The position numbers and the translations under genes are program-made. Positions 29,818 to 38,320 of a stretch of DNA of 64,000 nucleotides are shown here, one piece after another. The stretch's first letter is position 1. Each line of letters starts with the position of its first letter. Where the stretch lies: the NCBI GenBank assembly GCA_963713955.1, contig OY970216.1, forward strand, positions 8,075 through 72,074, read 5' to 3'. Below the pieces are notes generated by a model. It made no database searches. It saw only the letters and a program-made list of their open reading frames with translations, and had not been told where the DNA came from. Origin of the DNA: an uncultured bacterium (GTDB lineage: Bacteria > Patescibacteriota > Minisyncoccia > UBA6257 > GWB1-50-10).

Positions 29818-30242
29818 GACCAAAACCACTCACTATCGCAGAAGTAGAATATACTGCTTTCAGGTTGGCTGAAAAACTGATGACCTGGGACGAGCCCATA
29901 CCTGATTTTGGCTCCAGATTTCCGAATATACTTGAGAGTTGTCTAGAAAGCCCGTTTGCGAGATTCAGTAAGAAAGATCTTTATAGAGGTTTGGTTGGCA
30001 AGGCGAGTGTAATGTTCTATCTCATGATCAAAAATCACCCTTTTCAAAACGGCAATAAAAGAATTGCTGTGATGACTTTGTTGTATTTCCTGTATAAAAA
30101 TGGGAAGTGGCTTAAAATAGATAATGTCCATTTATATAACTTTGCAAGAGGTATAGCCAAAAGCAAACCTCGATCAAGAGAAAAGATAATGCTTCAGATA
30201 CAGGGCCTGTTAAAGAAAAATATCGTCAGTTACCTGACTTAA
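29814..30242 (+). CDS. Fic/Doc-family protein (death-on-curing type toxin)
   Basis: Contains the Doc active-site motif HPFQNGNKR. Confidence 0.7.
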   Translation: MRPKPLTIAEVEYTAFRLAEKLMTWDEPIPDFGSRFPNILESCLESPFARFSKKDLYRGLVGKASVMFYLMIKNHPFQNGNKRIAVMTLLYFLYKNGKWLKIDNVHLYNFARGIAKSKPRSREKIMLQIQGLLKKNIVSYLT

Positions 30243-30246
30243 TATA

Positions 30247-30266
30247 TTACTCCGCGCGATGGAGGA
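30247..30266. promoter_or_regulatory. copy 4 of the motif
   Basis: TTACTCCGCGCGATGGAGGA, 33 nt from the 3' end of tRNA-His. Confidence 0.35.
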
Positions 30267-30299
30267 ATTAAAAAATGAAAGATTATAACAAATACCTAC

Positions 30300-30374
30300 T
30301 GGGGTGCCCAGAGAGAATTGAACTCTCGATATCGGCTCCACAGGCCGAAGTTTTACCGCTAAACTATGGGCACC
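30300..30374 (-). tRNA. tRNA-His (anticodon GTG)
   Basis: Minus-strand cloverleaf GGTGCCCA..TCGGC-CTGTGGA-GCCGA..GAGAG-TTCAATT-CTCTC-TGGGCAC-C-CCA, with the extra G-1 and C73 typical of tRNA-His. Confidence 0.85.
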
Positions 30375-30501
30375 ATGTCACAATTTTAATAGAACCAAAT
30401 GAGGTCTAAGATGCGTCGAAGTTTTAAATTGTCTAGAACTTGGCAGTTATAAAACCTCTCCTTAGAGTTAATAATAAACCCGATATGCTAATATGTAAAC
30501 C

Positions 30502-31254
30502 ATGGGAGGGCTATTAGATAACCTTGGGCAGATCGTTTTGACCCACCAAGCGTGGAGTCACTACCTGATTGCGCTCGGTGTGCTCCTTCAGGGCGAGGTC
30601 ACCGTCCTCGTATCTGTCTACCTTGTCATAAACGGGAGTCTGGGCTGGCTTGATTTTCTCATACCCGCCTTCCTGGGGATTCTCATCGGCGATTACCTCT
30701 TGTACTTTGTGGGAAGACTGCTCCGGGGCACTCGTTTCGGGTGGAAGGCATACAAGAAACTGAAGCAGAACAAAAATGCGCAGTTCTATACCTATTATGT
30801 CTCCCAAAATCTGAAGAAAATCATAATTCTCTCGAAGTTTCTCATCGGAACGAACTTCCTCGCCATGCTCGCCGTCGGCTGGACCAAGGTCAAGTTCGGA
30901 AAATTCTTCAAGGCGCACCTCCTCGCGGCCCTCGCCTGGCTCCTCGGCGTCACTCTCGTTTCTTATTTCCTGGCGGGTGGACTCTACCTCTTGAAAGCCG
31001 AGAAGGTTTTCAAACAAGTGGAGGTAGGAATTGTCATAATATTGGTGCTCCTCATCGGCGGAGAAGTCCTTCTCAAGAAAATTCTCGGCAGGTCTCTTAC
31101 CTTCGAATCGAAAATGAAAGATCTCGGCGAAAAATTAAACGAGGGACTGGAAGAAAGTAACCCGCAAAATGACCAGGAACCAGGAGGCAACCGGATCAAA
31201 AGCGAACACGCGGGAAACATCTTCAAGCGCGGGGGAAAAGAGGAAGGCGATTGA
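30502..31254 (+). CDS. DedA/SNARE-associated (VTT-domain) membrane protein
   Basis: Polytopic protein with the G-x-x-x-[VY]-x-x-x-F style DedA core (FLIPAFLGILIGDYLLYFVGRLL). Confidence 0.65.
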   Translation: MGGLLDNLGQIVLTHQAWSHYLIALGVLLQGEVTVLVSVYLVINGSLGWLDFLIPAFLGILIGDYLLYFVGRLLRGTRFGWKAYKKLKQNKNAQFYTYYVSQNLKKIIILSKFLIGTNFLAMLAVGWTKVKFGKFFKAHLLAALAWLLGVTLVSYFLAGGLYLLKAEKVFKQVEVGIVIILVLLIGGEVLLKKILGRSLTFESKMKDLGEKLNEGLEESNPQNDQEPGGNRIKSEHAGNIFKRGGKEEGD

Positions 31255-31355
31255 CCTTCGCGGCAAGGACCCCGCACCAAAACGAATGCTACACTTGCAC
31301 GGCTCCCGCCGAAGTGACCCGGAGCATTCGTTTGGTGACGGGGCAAGTGAAATCG

Positions 31356-31685
31356 TTAACCGAGAAGTTTGTTAACTTTAGCTGCTAAAATGAAGTCATT
31401 CTCTGACAACCCGCCGATCGCGTGCGTGGAAAGCGTGAGTTTCACTTTGTTGTAGAAAACATAGATATCCGGATGGTGATCTTCTTCGTTCGCGATGTCG
31501 GCGACGCGGTTCACGAAGTCCATTGATTCTTTGAAATTCTTGAACTCAAAATTGCGGCTGATGCTTTTTTTGTCACCGGCGAGTTCCCACCCCAGAACTT
31601 CCGCCATGTATTTATTCGCCTCTTCCTCCGTCATCGGAGGCATACCCCCTTCGCACGGCACGCATTTCTTTGAAGTCAAATCCAT
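31356..31685 (-). CDS. pterin-4a-carbinolamine dehydratase (PCD/DCoH)
   Basis: EEDHHPDI...V.LSTHA is the PCD signature; start set at MDLTSKK. Confidence 0.7.
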   Translation of the reverse strand: MDLTSKKCVPCEGGMPPMTEEEANKYMAEVLGWELAGDKKSISRNFEFKNFKESMDFVNRVADIANEEDHHPDIYVFYNKVKLTLSTHAIGGLSENDFILAAKVNKLLG

Positions 31686-31707
31686 TTTTTTATTATATAA
31701 TATACGC

Positions 31708-31998
31708 ATGGAAACAATAATCGGCTGGTGCGCGGCAGCGATGGGCGTCGTAATGTCGCTCGCCTACTATCCGCAAGCGTATAAAATCTGGAGAACAAAA
31801 TCGTCTGAAGACATCTCTGTCTTCACATATCTCATGTTCGGTATCGGCACGGTCGTGTGGTTCATTTATGGCGCGTACCTGCGCGATTCTGTCATCATGA
31901 TTGGGTTCTTGTTCGGCGTCATCGGCTCGTGGCTTGTATTACTTCTCTCGCTGCGATACAAAAAGCGGATTCCCGCCGAGAACAACAAAAAAGGATAA
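31708..31998 (+). CDS. semiSWEET / PQ-loop family small membrane transporter
   Basis: Three TM helices and the PQ motif (YYPQAYKIWRTK); about 97 aa. Confidence 0.55.
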   Translation: METIIGWCAAAMGVVMSLAYYPQAYKIWRTKSSEDISVFTYLMFGIGTVVWFIYGAYLRDSVIMIGFLFGVIGSWLVLLLSLRYKKRIPAENNKKG

Positions 31999-32001
31999 CC
32001 T

Positions 32002-32029
32002 AAAACCACCCGAGAAATCGGGTGGTTTT
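32002..32029. terminator. bidirectional hairpin terminator
   Basis: AAAACCACCCGA-GAAA-TCGGGTGGTTTT, a 12-bp stem flanked by an A-run and a T-run. Confidence 0.55.
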
Positions 32030-32031
32030 GC

Positions 32032-32106
32032 TGGTGCCGCGGGAGGGAGTCGAACCCCCGACGCCGGCCTCTTCAGGGCCGCGCTCTACCGCTGAGCTAC
32101 CGCGGC
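32032..32106 (-). tRNA. tRNA-Phe (anticodon GAA)
   Basis: GCCGCGG-TA-GCTCAGCGGTAGAGC-G-CGGCC-CTGAAGA-GGCCG-GCGTC-GGGGGTTCGACTCCCTC-CCGCGGC-A-CCA. Confidence 0.85.
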
Positions 32107-32175
32107 TTTCATCGATAATTGAGCTAATGAGTATGGTAAATCAGTTCTCTCTTTCTTTCAATCCTATTCTGAGTT

Positions 32176-32238
32176 ATCCCCAGAATCTATGGCCTCCCGC
32201 TCTCCCTAAGGAGAGCGGGAGGCCATATTCAGAGCGGG
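32176..32238. repeat. GGCCTCCCGCTCTC palindromic repeat family, copy 2
   Basis: GTTATCCCCAGAATCTATGGCCTCCCGCTCTCC-CTAA-GGAGAGCGGGAGGCCAT (17-bp perfect palindrome arms) plus a third partial copy AGCGGGAGGCC. Confidence 0.55.
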
Positions 32239-32242
32239 AGGC

Positions 32243-33325
32243 CTAAAATTTCTGGAGATCGTAAATGTTCGAAGGGTTCCATGCCATCCACGTATCGCCG
32301 AATCCGGCGTCCTTGATGGCTCTGATTTCATCCTGAATTTTCGTCCTGTCATAAACGGCCCCCATATTGAAATCCTGAATCCACGGCCGCACGATCGCAG
32401 TCGAACTCGCCGGCAAGAATTTCTTTCCGTCCTCAAGCGTTTGGAATACAACTTCGTACGGGTCATCCGCCGGGTTCGGGAAACCGAAATTACCGGGCAG
32501 GTAGTGCGACGGATAAACCATCGGCGAGATGACATCGAAATACTTGGCGGCGTCTCCCGCCCGCTGACCCACCCCCAACCCGTCGTTCCGAATAAAACTG
32601 TACGCGAAGAGATCGACCGAGAGCACCGCTCCCGGTTTTTTCTTCCTAATCTCCGAAGTCAAGTACTTAAAAAAATCGTCTATCACGGCAACCTTGGAGG
32701 TCGTGCCGTTGTAAATCGGATACCTCACTCCGCCCGTATCACCATCGGATGGAAATCTCACATAATCGAAGTTGACCTCGCGGAATCCCAGGTTCAGTGC
32801 ATCGACGGCAACTGCAACCGTCCGATCCCAAACCTCGCGGCTCGCCGGGTCAACCCAGCGATAGCTCCCGCCGCTCGACCAGAGTGTCCCCGAGGCGTCA
32901 CACAACGCGAGATCCGGGCGCGCCAGAGCCAGCGCATTATCCTGGAAAACGACAATGCGGGCGATCGGGTAAACGCCCTCTTCGTTGAATTTCTCCACGA
33001 CGTGTTTCATACCATCCCCTACGTACGTTCCGTCGCCGTCTTTGACATTCACCACAACAGCATTCAGATGATCCGTCTTTATCACGTTCATCACCCCCTG
33101 AACCATCGAGGGAACCGAGGCTGCATAGGCGGTTAGATACAAAGCTTTCACGCCCTTCAGAGGTACCGCCGCAGCCGGAGAAGAAGCGGAAGAAGTAGAA
33201 ATTGAATTGGAAGCGACAGGCTGCAACCCCGAGGGAAATGATTGCAACCCTTCCTTAAAACCGAAAACAACGAGGGCCACGCAACATATGACGATCAGCG
33301 AATTGATCAATATTTCTTTATTCAT
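32243..33325 (-). CDS. secreted putative glycoside hydrolase-like protein (GHL10/DUF4015-type TIM-barrel)
   Basis: N-terminal TM/signal, a Ser-rich linker, then a domain resembling the putative glycosyl hydrolase-like family 10. This is a weak call. Confidence 0.4.
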   Translation of the reverse strand: MNKEILINSLIVICCVALVVFGFKEGLQSFPSGLQPVASNSISTSSASSPAAAVPLKGVKALYLTAYAASVPSMVQGVMNVIKTDHLNAVVVNVKDGDGTYVGDGMKHVVEKFNEEGVYPIARIVVFQDNALALARPDLALCDASGTLWSSGGSYRWVDPASREVWDRTVAVAVDALNLGFREVNFDYVRFPSDGDTGGVRYPIYNGTTSKVAVIDDFFKYLTSEIRKKKPGAVLSVDLFAYSFIRNDGLGVGQRAGDAAKYFDVISPMVYPSHYLPGNFGFPNPADDPYEVVFQTLEDGKKFLPASSTAIVRPWIQDFNMGAVYDRTKIQDEIRAIKDAGFGDTWMAWNPSNIYDLQKF

Positions 33326-33352
33326 TCAAAATCAAAAACTGCTTAGCGAAAG

Positions 33353-33424
33353 TCCCCTCGGCAGGAATCGAACCCGCATCAACTCCTTAGAAGAGAGCTG
33401 CTCTATCCATTGAGCTACAAGGGG
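33353..33424 (-). tRNA. tRNA-Arg (anticodon TCT)
   Basis: CCCCTTG-TA-GCTCAATGGATAGAGC-A-GCTCT-CTTCTAA-GGAGT-TGAT-GCGGGTTCGATTCCTGC-CGAGGGG-A. Confidence 0.75.
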
Positions 33425-33494
33425 AAAACCGGAAAATCTGTTTTACAATATACCTATTTTTGAATAGAATGTAAATAAATTGAAGATAAATAAA

Positions 33495-33565
33495 CGGGCC
33501 ATAGTGTAACGGTAGCACGAGTCCTTTGGGAGGATTTAGTTTCGGTTCAAATCCGGATGGCCCGA
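33495..33565 (+). tRNA. tRNA-Pro (anticodon TGG)
   Basis: CGGGCCA-TA-GTGTAACGGTAGCAC-G-AGTCC-TTTGGGA-GGATT-TAGT-TTCGGTTCAAATCCGGA-TGGCCCG-A. Confidence 0.75.
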
Positions 33566-33579
33566 CACCGCAATGGAAA

Positions 33580-35139
33580 CTATCCCAAGAGTTCCGGTAG
33601 GAGGCTTTGGCCGGTCATTTCTTTCGGCTTCTGGATTTTCATGAGGTCCAATATCGTCGGGGCCACGTCGGAGAGCATCCCCACGACGGGAAGTGGTGCG
33701 AGATCCGGCAATGGGGACTTCCTTTTGAATCGACGGGCGATAAGGTAAAGGGGAACGGGGCTTGGATCGTGTTTCGTTTCCTTTTCCCCCGTTTTGAGAT
33801 CAAGGAGCACCTCGGCATTGCCGTGATCGGACGTTATGATGACCGTCTGATCCAGGGGGTATGCGCTTTCCACGAGCCTTTTCAACTCAGCATCGACGAC
33901 GCCGATGGCTTTCTTGGTCGCTTCGTAGTTCCCCGTGTGCGCAACCATGTCCGGATTGGCATAGTTCACGAGGATGAAATCGAACGTGCCTTCGCTCAAG
34001 GCGGCGAGAACGCGGTCGGTCACGGGCTTCGCCATCATCTCGGGATGCTCGTCGTACCGGACGGAGTTCCCGGAAGGTATGAGAATCCGATACTCGCCGG
34101 GAAACGGCTCCTCGCGGAGACCGTTGAAAAAATACGTGACGTGGGCGTATTTCTCCGTCTCGGCAACCCGGAGCTGCATTTTGCCGCTGTCCGACAAAAC
34201 CTGCCCGAGAGATTCTTCGACCACTTCGTTGGGGAAGGCGGTCGGCACGACGAACGATTGATCGTAGGTCGTCATGGTCGCGACAAAAAGGTTTTTGAAA
34301 CGTTTCACCGGGAAATTATTGAAATCGGGATTTACGAACGCGCCGACGATCTGCTTCATCCGGTCCTCACGGAAATTAAAGAAGAATACCGCATCATTGT
34401 CGCAAATCGGATGCGCGGTTGTCATCAGGGACGGCTCGATGTATTCATCGTCCAGATTTTTATCGTAAGCTCTCTTCGTAATTTCCTCGACCGTCCCCCG
34501 GGAATCGCTCTCGCCAACGAGAACCCGGTACGCTTTCTCCGTCCTATCCCAATGTTTGTCCCGATCCATCGCATAGTACCTCCCCGAAACGCTCGCGAGC
34601 CGCTCCGCGAGATCAAGGCCAGTGTCGGCAGCAAAGCGCAGAAGGAGTTTGCGGAAAGATCGGGGGGCGCTGTCACGACCGTCCGAAAAGAGGTGAAGGT
34701 AGAAATTCTCACATTTCGTTTCCTGAGCCATCTTTATCAGCGCTTCGAGATCTTCGAGAGAGGAATGCACGTTCGCTTCCGTCAAAAGCCCCACGAGGTG
34801 AAGGTTCGATTTGTTTTTCGCCGCCCAGTCGAAAGTTTTGAGAATGACTTCGTTTTTGAAAAAGCTTCCGTCCTTGAGAGCCAGGGAAATTTTCGGGAAA
34901 TGTTCCAAGAGAACTCGGCCGGCACCCAAGGTCATATGCCCCACCTCGCTGTTTCCCTCTTCGTCATACGGCAATCCGATGGCCATCCCCGAAGCCTGAA
35001 GAGCTCCCGCGGGAAAGTTCGCTTGGATGTAGGCGATAGTCTTCGGCTCCGCGCGGTAAATGGGGTTACTTTCGTCGAGCCGACCCATCCCCCAGCCATC
35101 CAAGACCACCAAAACAACTGTTTGCTTCATCAGGGTCAT
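33580..35139 (-). CDS. gpmI: 2,3-bisphosphoglycerate-independent phosphoglycerate mutase (iPGM)
   Basis: 519 aa; N-terminus VVLVVLDGWG and the metalloenzyme-superfamily motifs; ...ITSDHGNAE. Confidence 0.85.
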   Translation of the reverse strand: MTLMKQTVVLVVLDGWGMGRLDESNPIYRAEPKTIAYIQANFPAGALQASGMAIGLPYDEEGNSEVGHMTLGAGRVLLEHFPKISLALKDGSFFKNEVILKTFDWAAKNKSNLHLVGLLTEANVHSSLEDLEALIKMAQETKCENFYLHLFSDGRDSAPRSFRKLLLRFAADTGLDLAERLASVSGRYYAMDRDKHWDRTEKAYRVLVGESDSRGTVEEITKRAYDKNLDDEYIEPSLMTTAHPICDNDAVFFFNFREDRMKQIVGAFVNPDFNNFPVKRFKNLFVATMTTYDQSFVVPTAFPNEVVEESLGQVLSDSGKMQLRVAETEKYAHVTYFFNGLREEPFPGEYRILIPSGNSVRYDEHPEMMAKPVTDRVLAALSEGTFDFILVNYANPDMVAHTGNYEATKKAIGVVDAELKRLVESAYPLDQTVIITSDHGNAEVLLDLKTGEKETKHDPSPVPLYLIARRFKRKSPLPDLAPLPVVGMLSDVAPTILDLMKIQKPKEMTGQSLLPELLG

Positions 35140-35226
35140 TTTAAACCGGCAAGTTGTAAGTTACCAGTCGTTGGTTTATAATCAAGATACAAAAGTCGAT
35201 GAATTTCAACATTTACCTTTTGAAAC

Positions 35227-36744
35227 ATGGAACTAACCCCCTGGATCGTGGGCGGTTTGTTGGGCTTGGCGATTGGTTACGCAATAAGATTATCGGTTGC
35301 AAAAAAACTCCAAAACTCAATAGAGCAAAAAGCTGAAGCTCAGCTTGAAGCCGCGAAATCCGAAGCAAAAGAAATAATCGTGGAGGCAAAGGACAAGGCC
35401 TCCCAAGTGCTCGCCGATGCGGGCAAGGAAGAAAGAGAGAGAAAACAAGAACTGAGGCAACTTGAGGATCGGCTCCTCAGGCGCGAGGATACGCTCGACC
35501 AAAAAGTCAGAGATCTCGAGAATGACGGAAAATCACTGAAGCTCAAAGAAAACGAAATCAAGGAGCGGATGAACGATGTCGAATCCTTGCGACAGCGGGC
35601 CATCGGTGAGCTCGAGAACGTTTCGGGGCTCACGCGCGAAGACGCGAAAAAAGCGATGTTCGAGGAGATCGAGACCTCTTACCGGCAAGACCTGGCGAAT
35701 TCCATCGTCAAACTCGAGAAGGAACGCCGCGAGGAAACCGAGTCCAAAGCGAACGAGATCATAACGGCGGCCATTCAGAGATACGCCCGAAATTCGATCG
35801 CCGACATAACGACGAGTGTCGTCAATCTCCCCGACGAAGAAATCAAGGCGAAAATAATCGGGAAGGAAGGAAGGAACATAAGAACGTTCGAAAGATTGAC
35901 CGGCGTCGAAGTCATCGTAGACGAGACGCCGGAGAACGTCGTCCTTTCCTCTTTCGACCCCATGAGACGGGAGCTCGCAAAAATGGCCCTCGAGAAACTC
36001 ATAAAAGACGGGCGTATCCACCCGGCAAAAATAGAAGAGAAGGTTGAGGAAGCGAGGCAAGAGCTCGAACAGAGAATACAAAAGATAGGAGAGGAAGCGG
36101 CCTATGAAGTCGGCATTCTGGACTTGCCGAAGGAGATAGTATACCTCTTGGGAAGACTGAATTTCAGGACGAGCTACGGACAAAACGTCCTCTTGCACTC
36201 GATAGAAATGGCGCATATTTCCGGCATGATGGCCGAGGAATTGAACCTCAACGTCGAAGTCGCTAAAAAAGGCGCGCTCCTGCACGACATTGGCAAAGCC
36301 GTGGACCATGAGGTGGAGGGAACGCATGTCGAGATAGGAAGGAAACTCCTCAAGAAGTACGGGATACCGGAGAATGTGATCAAGACCATGGAATCCCACC
36401 ACGAGGAGTATCCCTACTCGACGCCTGAATCGTACATCGTCTCCGCGGCCGATGCCATTTCGGCGGCGAGGCCGGGCGCGCGCCGCGACACGCTTGAAAA
36501 GTACATAAAACGCCTGGAGGACATCGAGAAGACCGTCCAAGGTTTTGAAGGCGTGAAGCAATCCTATGCCGTCTCGGCCGGCAGAGAAGTAAGAGTGTTC
36601 GTCGTGCCGGAGAAAATAGACGATTTTGGAGCCCTGGAACTTGCGAAGAAAATCGCGAGCAAGATTCAATCTGATGTCCAGTATCCCGGGGAGATAAAAG
36701 TCACCGTGATACGGGAGGTGAGGGCGGTGGAATACGCGAGATAA
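35227..36744 (+). CDS. rny: ribonuclease Y
   Basis: N-terminal TM, coiled coil, KH domain and HD domain (LLHDIGKA; HHEE). Confidence 0.9.
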   Translation: MELTPWIVGGLLGLAIGYAIRLSVAKKLQNSIEQKAEAQLEAAKSEAKEIIVEAKDKASQVLADAGKEERERKQELRQLEDRLLRREDTLDQKVRDLENDGKSLKLKENEIKERMNDVESLRQRAIGELENVSGLTREDAKKAMFEEIETSYRQDLANSIVKLEKERREETESKANEIITAAIQRYARNSIADITTSVVNLPDEEIKAKIIGKEGRNIRTFERLTGVEVIVDETPENVVLSSFDPMRRELAKMALEKLIKDGRIHPAKIEEKVEEARQELEQRIQKIGEEAAYEVGILDLPKEIVYLLGRLNFRTSYGQNVLLHSIEMAHISGMMAEELNLNVEVAKKGALLHDIGKAVDHEVEGTHVEIGRKLLKKYGIPENVIKTMESHHEEYPYSTPESYIVSAADAISAARPGARRDTLEKYIKRLEDIEKTVQGFEGVKQSYAVSAGREVRVFVVPEKIDDFGALELAKKIASKIQSDVQYPGEIKVTVIREVRAVEYAR

Positions 36745-36765
36745 CTTGTGCTCGGCAGGTACTCC

Positions 36766-36866
36766 TCCTCAGGCAGTCTCCGGGGCGACGCCCAAGCCCT
36801 GCACTACAACTTCGTTGTAGTGCAGGGCAAGTCTTAGCCTTCGGAAGGAGTGCCTGCCTCGCTTTC
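36766..36866 (+). ncRNA. candidate structured element (14-bp perfect hairpin inside a longer stem), related to the motif at 16279-16380
   Basis: CCCTGCACTACAAC-TTC-GTTGTAGTGCAGGG, flanked by CGGCAGGTACTCCTCC ... GGAAGGAGTGCCTGCC, which can pair. No T-tract follows. Confidence 0.3.
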
Positions 36867-37003
36867 TCTGTGCCATGGCTTCAGACTCCGCACGGTTTTC
36901 TCGGATCCAGGAGGGTATCCCCCTTATTACTGAATTGTATAGTAAAATAGAGGTGGATTTGCTATAATACTTTTAAAGAAAGGTCGGTAAACCAAAAACA
37001 ATC

Positions 37004-37279
37004 ATGAAAAAAGACGGATTGGTGGAGGCTGTCATCAAAGCAGCCAATACGGAAACGAAGAAGCAGGCTCAGCAGGCGGTCGAGGCCGTTTTCGAAACGA
37101 TAGTCAAATCACTCTCAAGAGGAGAAGAGGTCGCCATAGCCGGCTTCGGGACGTTCAGGGTAGCTAAGAGGGCGGCGAGAATGGGTGTCAATCCTAAAAC
37201 CGGCGAAAAAATACAGATCGCCGCGTCGACAAAACCCAAATTCAGGGCCGGCAAGTTCCTGAAAGAAGCCGTTAAGTAA
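37004..37279 (+). CDS. hup: DNA-binding protein HU
   Basis: 91 aa with the HU fold motifs GFGTFRV and NPKTGEKI. Confidence 0.9.
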   Translation: MKKDGLVEAVIKAANTETKKQAQQAVEAVFETIVKSLSRGEEVAIAGFGTFRVAKRAARMGVNPKTGEKIQIAASTKPKFRAGKFLKEAVK

Positions 37280-37305
37280 ATTTAAGAAGCGCTTCTTAAC
37301 AAAAA

Positions 37306-37330
37306 ATCCCCCTTTGGACGGGGATTTTTT
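37306..37330 (+). terminator. rho-independent terminator after hup
   Basis: ATCCCC-CTTTGGAC-GGGGAT followed by T6. A perfect 9-bp palindrome TTAAGAAGC/GCTTCTTAA sits just upstream. Confidence 0.6.
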
Positions 37331-37363
37331 GTTACTCTCGCTTTTTCGCTCCTGCGAGTCGCG

Positions 37364-38320
37364 CTATTGAAGCAATTTCCTCACAAAATTGCTTATATCA
37401 ATAAAGTTCTGATAAGCGCCTTTGACTTTCGCCAAAGACGAATTTACCAGATCTTTAATTGATACAACCTGAGAAGATCCTCCCGCCGCACCTGAGTCGG
37501 TGCTGGAACTTGTGGTCGCGGTGGATGTCGCTGACGACGAGTCGGATGTGGTGGTAGACGTCACCGTGGAAGAGGCTTCCAGAGCGGCAGTGCCCGTCGC
37601 AGAAGAAGTCGAGTCACTTCCCGGCGTGACTTCGGTGCTCGTGGAAGAAGTCGCCGTGAGGGGACTTACGTATCGTTCCAAGAATAAGTTGTAAGCCTCC
37701 CCATTCAAATCATTCGCTTCCTTTATGTCTTCCTTAGCCGCATCCAGCATGTCGCTGATCGTCTGCCGGTCCTTGGTCTTGAAGGTCAAAGAAGAAAGGT
37801 CCTTGGTTATATTCGTGAGCCTTTTTTGGGAAGTGTTTATTGCGGAAAATTCCTGCTGCACCAGAAGGAAATCCTGTACCTGACTGGTCAAGGGCAGATA
37901 GTCGGCATCCCTCCAGGTTTTAAAATCCTCGGCGACGGTTTTTATTCCGGCCAAATCAAGTGAAGAGGTACCGGTAATAAGTTGCCTCTCCGAATCAAAG
38001 TAAGAAAGATCTTGTTTCAACTGATCCGTTGAACTACTAACCCAGGCATCATAATCCGGATTCTTGGGAACTTGAAAAAGCTTAGATTCAAAATCCTTCA
38101 CCTCAGCGGTAGAGAGATCAAGAACTTGCTTGAAAGCGTTGATTCTCAAAGCTACGTCGTCCACGCTGCCTTCATCTTTGGCCGTGACGAGACTGTCCAG
38201 GGCGTCTTTCGCGTTCTGGAAAACCTGAGTCACCGGGCTCGCGTCGTCCGCCAATGCAACCCTCGAAAAGCCGAAACCCGCAACTATCAATATGAATGCC
38301 GATATTAAAACTTTTTTCAT
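37364..38320 (-). CDS. secreted protein with a Ser/Thr-rich C-terminus, encoded downstream of the ECF sigma and anti-sigma pair
   Basis: Signal peptide MKKVLISAFILIVAGFGFSRVALA; an S/T-rich low-complexity tail. Confidence 0.4.
   Translation of the reverse strand: MKKVLISAFILIVAGFGFSRVALADDASPVTQVFQNAKDALDSLVTAKDEGSVDDVALRINAFKQVLDLSTAEVKDFESKLFQVPKNPDYDAWVSSSTDQLKQDLSYFDSERQLITGTSSLDLAGIKTVAEDFKTWRDADYLPLTSQVQDFLLVQQEFSAINTSQKRLTNITKDLSSLTFKTKDRQTISDMLDAAKEDIKEANDLNGEAYNLFLERYVSPLTATSSTSTEVTPGSDSTSSATGTAALEASSTVTSTTTSDSSSATSTATTSSSTDSGAAGGSSQVVSIKDLVNSSLAKVKGAYQNFIDISNFVRKLLQ

Noticed and set aside
33607-35181. 524-aa plus-strand ORF
   Set aside because: It is antisense to the iPGM gene, has no motifs and has an Arg/Gly-rich shadow-frame composition.
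35533-36669. 378-aa minus-strand ORF
   Set aside because: It is antisense to rny and is a shadow frame.
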